A DNA stretch of 63,964 nt, counting the filler, from Octopus bimaculoides (lineage: Eukaryota), in the NCBI RefSeq assembly GCF_001194135.2. It is 7 parts of 6 records of this genome, joined end to end, with 100 filler letters (N's around TTAATTAATTAA, not from the genome) between each part and the next. Parts side by side here need not be neighbours in the genome. Positions count along the whole stretch, not along the records: positions 62,758 to 63,964 come from NC_068983.1; 6 more parts are not named here. The stretch is one strand, 5' to 3'. The notes under the pieces are model-generated. The model saw nothing but the letters and a program-made list of their open reading frames with translations. It was not told the DNA's origin and did no database searches. The translations under genes were made by a program, and so were the position numbers. How positions within the stretch are numbered: the stretch's first letter is position 1; each line of letters starts with the position of its first letter. Positions 62,988 through 63,964 of this stretch are shown one piece after another.

Positions 62988-63241
62988 CAGTGGCGGATGC
63001 AGGAGTGTTGCCCTAGTTGTCCAAGCAATACCCTTCCTACCCGAGCCGACCCCAAATATAATATTATTTTATTTCCAGCAGTTTCACAGCATTACTGTTT
63101 CATATGCAAATGGTTTGCTACAACAAAGTTTGAATACATAAAAATGTGGCCATCTGTTACGAAGGGCGATTCCCACCTTGTATAGTTATTTTTCGAAACA
63201 TTTGGGCAACACCCTCGAAAAAAATCCTGGATCCTCCACTA
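62988..63241. mobile_element. ~250-bp MITE, superfamily unassigned (hAT/Harbinger-like ends)
   Basis: CAGTGGCGGATGCAGG...CCTGGATCCTCCACTA (13/16 inverted match) plus subterminal GTTGCCC/GGGCAAC. Confidence 0.6.
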
Positions 63242-63900
63242 TGCCGCTCTCCTATTTATGACGTCACTGTTTGAGTTGTTAGAGAGATCAGTTACAGTCG
63301 ACACAAGGTAAGTGAATTTATCAACCCTGGATAGCTGCTTTCCATTTGCCAGGTCAATTGTGGTTCCGCCTGAGTTCATGTTGATGGTAATGTACTCTGT
63401 CTTCAATTCGCTTATTTCTAGCCCCACAGTTTTTGCATCTCGCATAACACGACACAAGGAGCCCTGTGCTTCCATGAAGCTGGGAACAAAGAGAATATCG
63501 CCTGCAAATGCGAGATAAGCCAACTTATGTGACTCTGGTACGCGAATTCCATCTCCATCCTCCGTATGGGATGCTGCTTTCATCATATGATACATAACCA
63601 CCAAAAATAGATTAGGAGACCAAAGTATCACCTACCAGAATTCCACTTTGAGGTGTGAAATCAGGGGACAGTTTTTCATTAACAAAGACATATGCTGTTT
63701 GATGTTCTTAAAGACACCTTATTACTGATGTTATCTTCGATTGTAACCCTGCCGTTTCAGAGGGTCGGAAGCATCGCAGTTCTGCTGAAGGCTGTCGAAT
63801 GTTTTTCGAAAGTCTATGAAGAGCGCGACTATAGGGAGACACCACTCATGCAGGTCTCCAGTACCCTCTTCAACGTATGATTTTGTTCAATGCAACTAGG
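63242..63900 (-). mobile_element. RTE-like LINE reverse transcriptase fragment
   Basis: ALFIDFRKTFDS, then LAYLAFAGDILF (YADD-like), AKTVGLEISELKTEY and VDKFTYLVS (F.YLGS); frameshifted. Confidence 0.85.
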
Positions 63901-63912
63901 GTTCTTTCTAAA

Positions 63913-63964
<52 letters not shown>

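Noticed and set aside
1-63964. CRISPR array, operon or prokaryotic defence system
   Set aside because: No regularly spaced repeat-spacer array and no dense ORFs; spliceosomal exons and SINEs show this is animal DNA.

Overview
AT-rich, microsatellite-dense and gap-ridden eukaryotic genomic DNA. The SINE families, (TA/CA/GATA/TATG)n load and RTE/Penelope/mariner relics point to a coleoid cephalopod, probably Octopus (inference). Almost all long ORFs in the supplied track are artefacts of N-gaps or microsatellites. Real coding signal is in small spliced exons: (1) three phase-compatible + strand exons (6070-6191, 13635-13735, 14309-14489) encoding the C-terminal region of an Inturned (INTU)-like CPLANE protein, whose last exon(s) I could not find in called sequence; (2) an isolated 37-nt - strand exon (21438-21474) encoding HPGGEEVLLDLG(G), the cytochrome b5 heme-binding motif; (3) a phase 1-1 + strand C-type lectin exon (55697-55870), possibly with a signal-peptide exon at 29651-29732. 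The rest is intronic or intergenic: dozens of tRNA-derived SINEs with swappable heads and tails, four or five Tc1/mariner relics, RTE, CR1-like and R4/Dong LINE fragments, a Penelope GIY-YIG fragment, a Chapaev-like transposase fragment and a Helentron/DINE-1-like element. The most notable non-coding items are a Penelope-type minimal hammerhead ribozyme with an intact core (2531-2613), three near-perfect hairpins, and a tandem duplication whose second copy lacks the INTU exon. I see no bacterial-style system such as CRISPR or an operon. All homology calls are from memory of family motifs, not from database searches.
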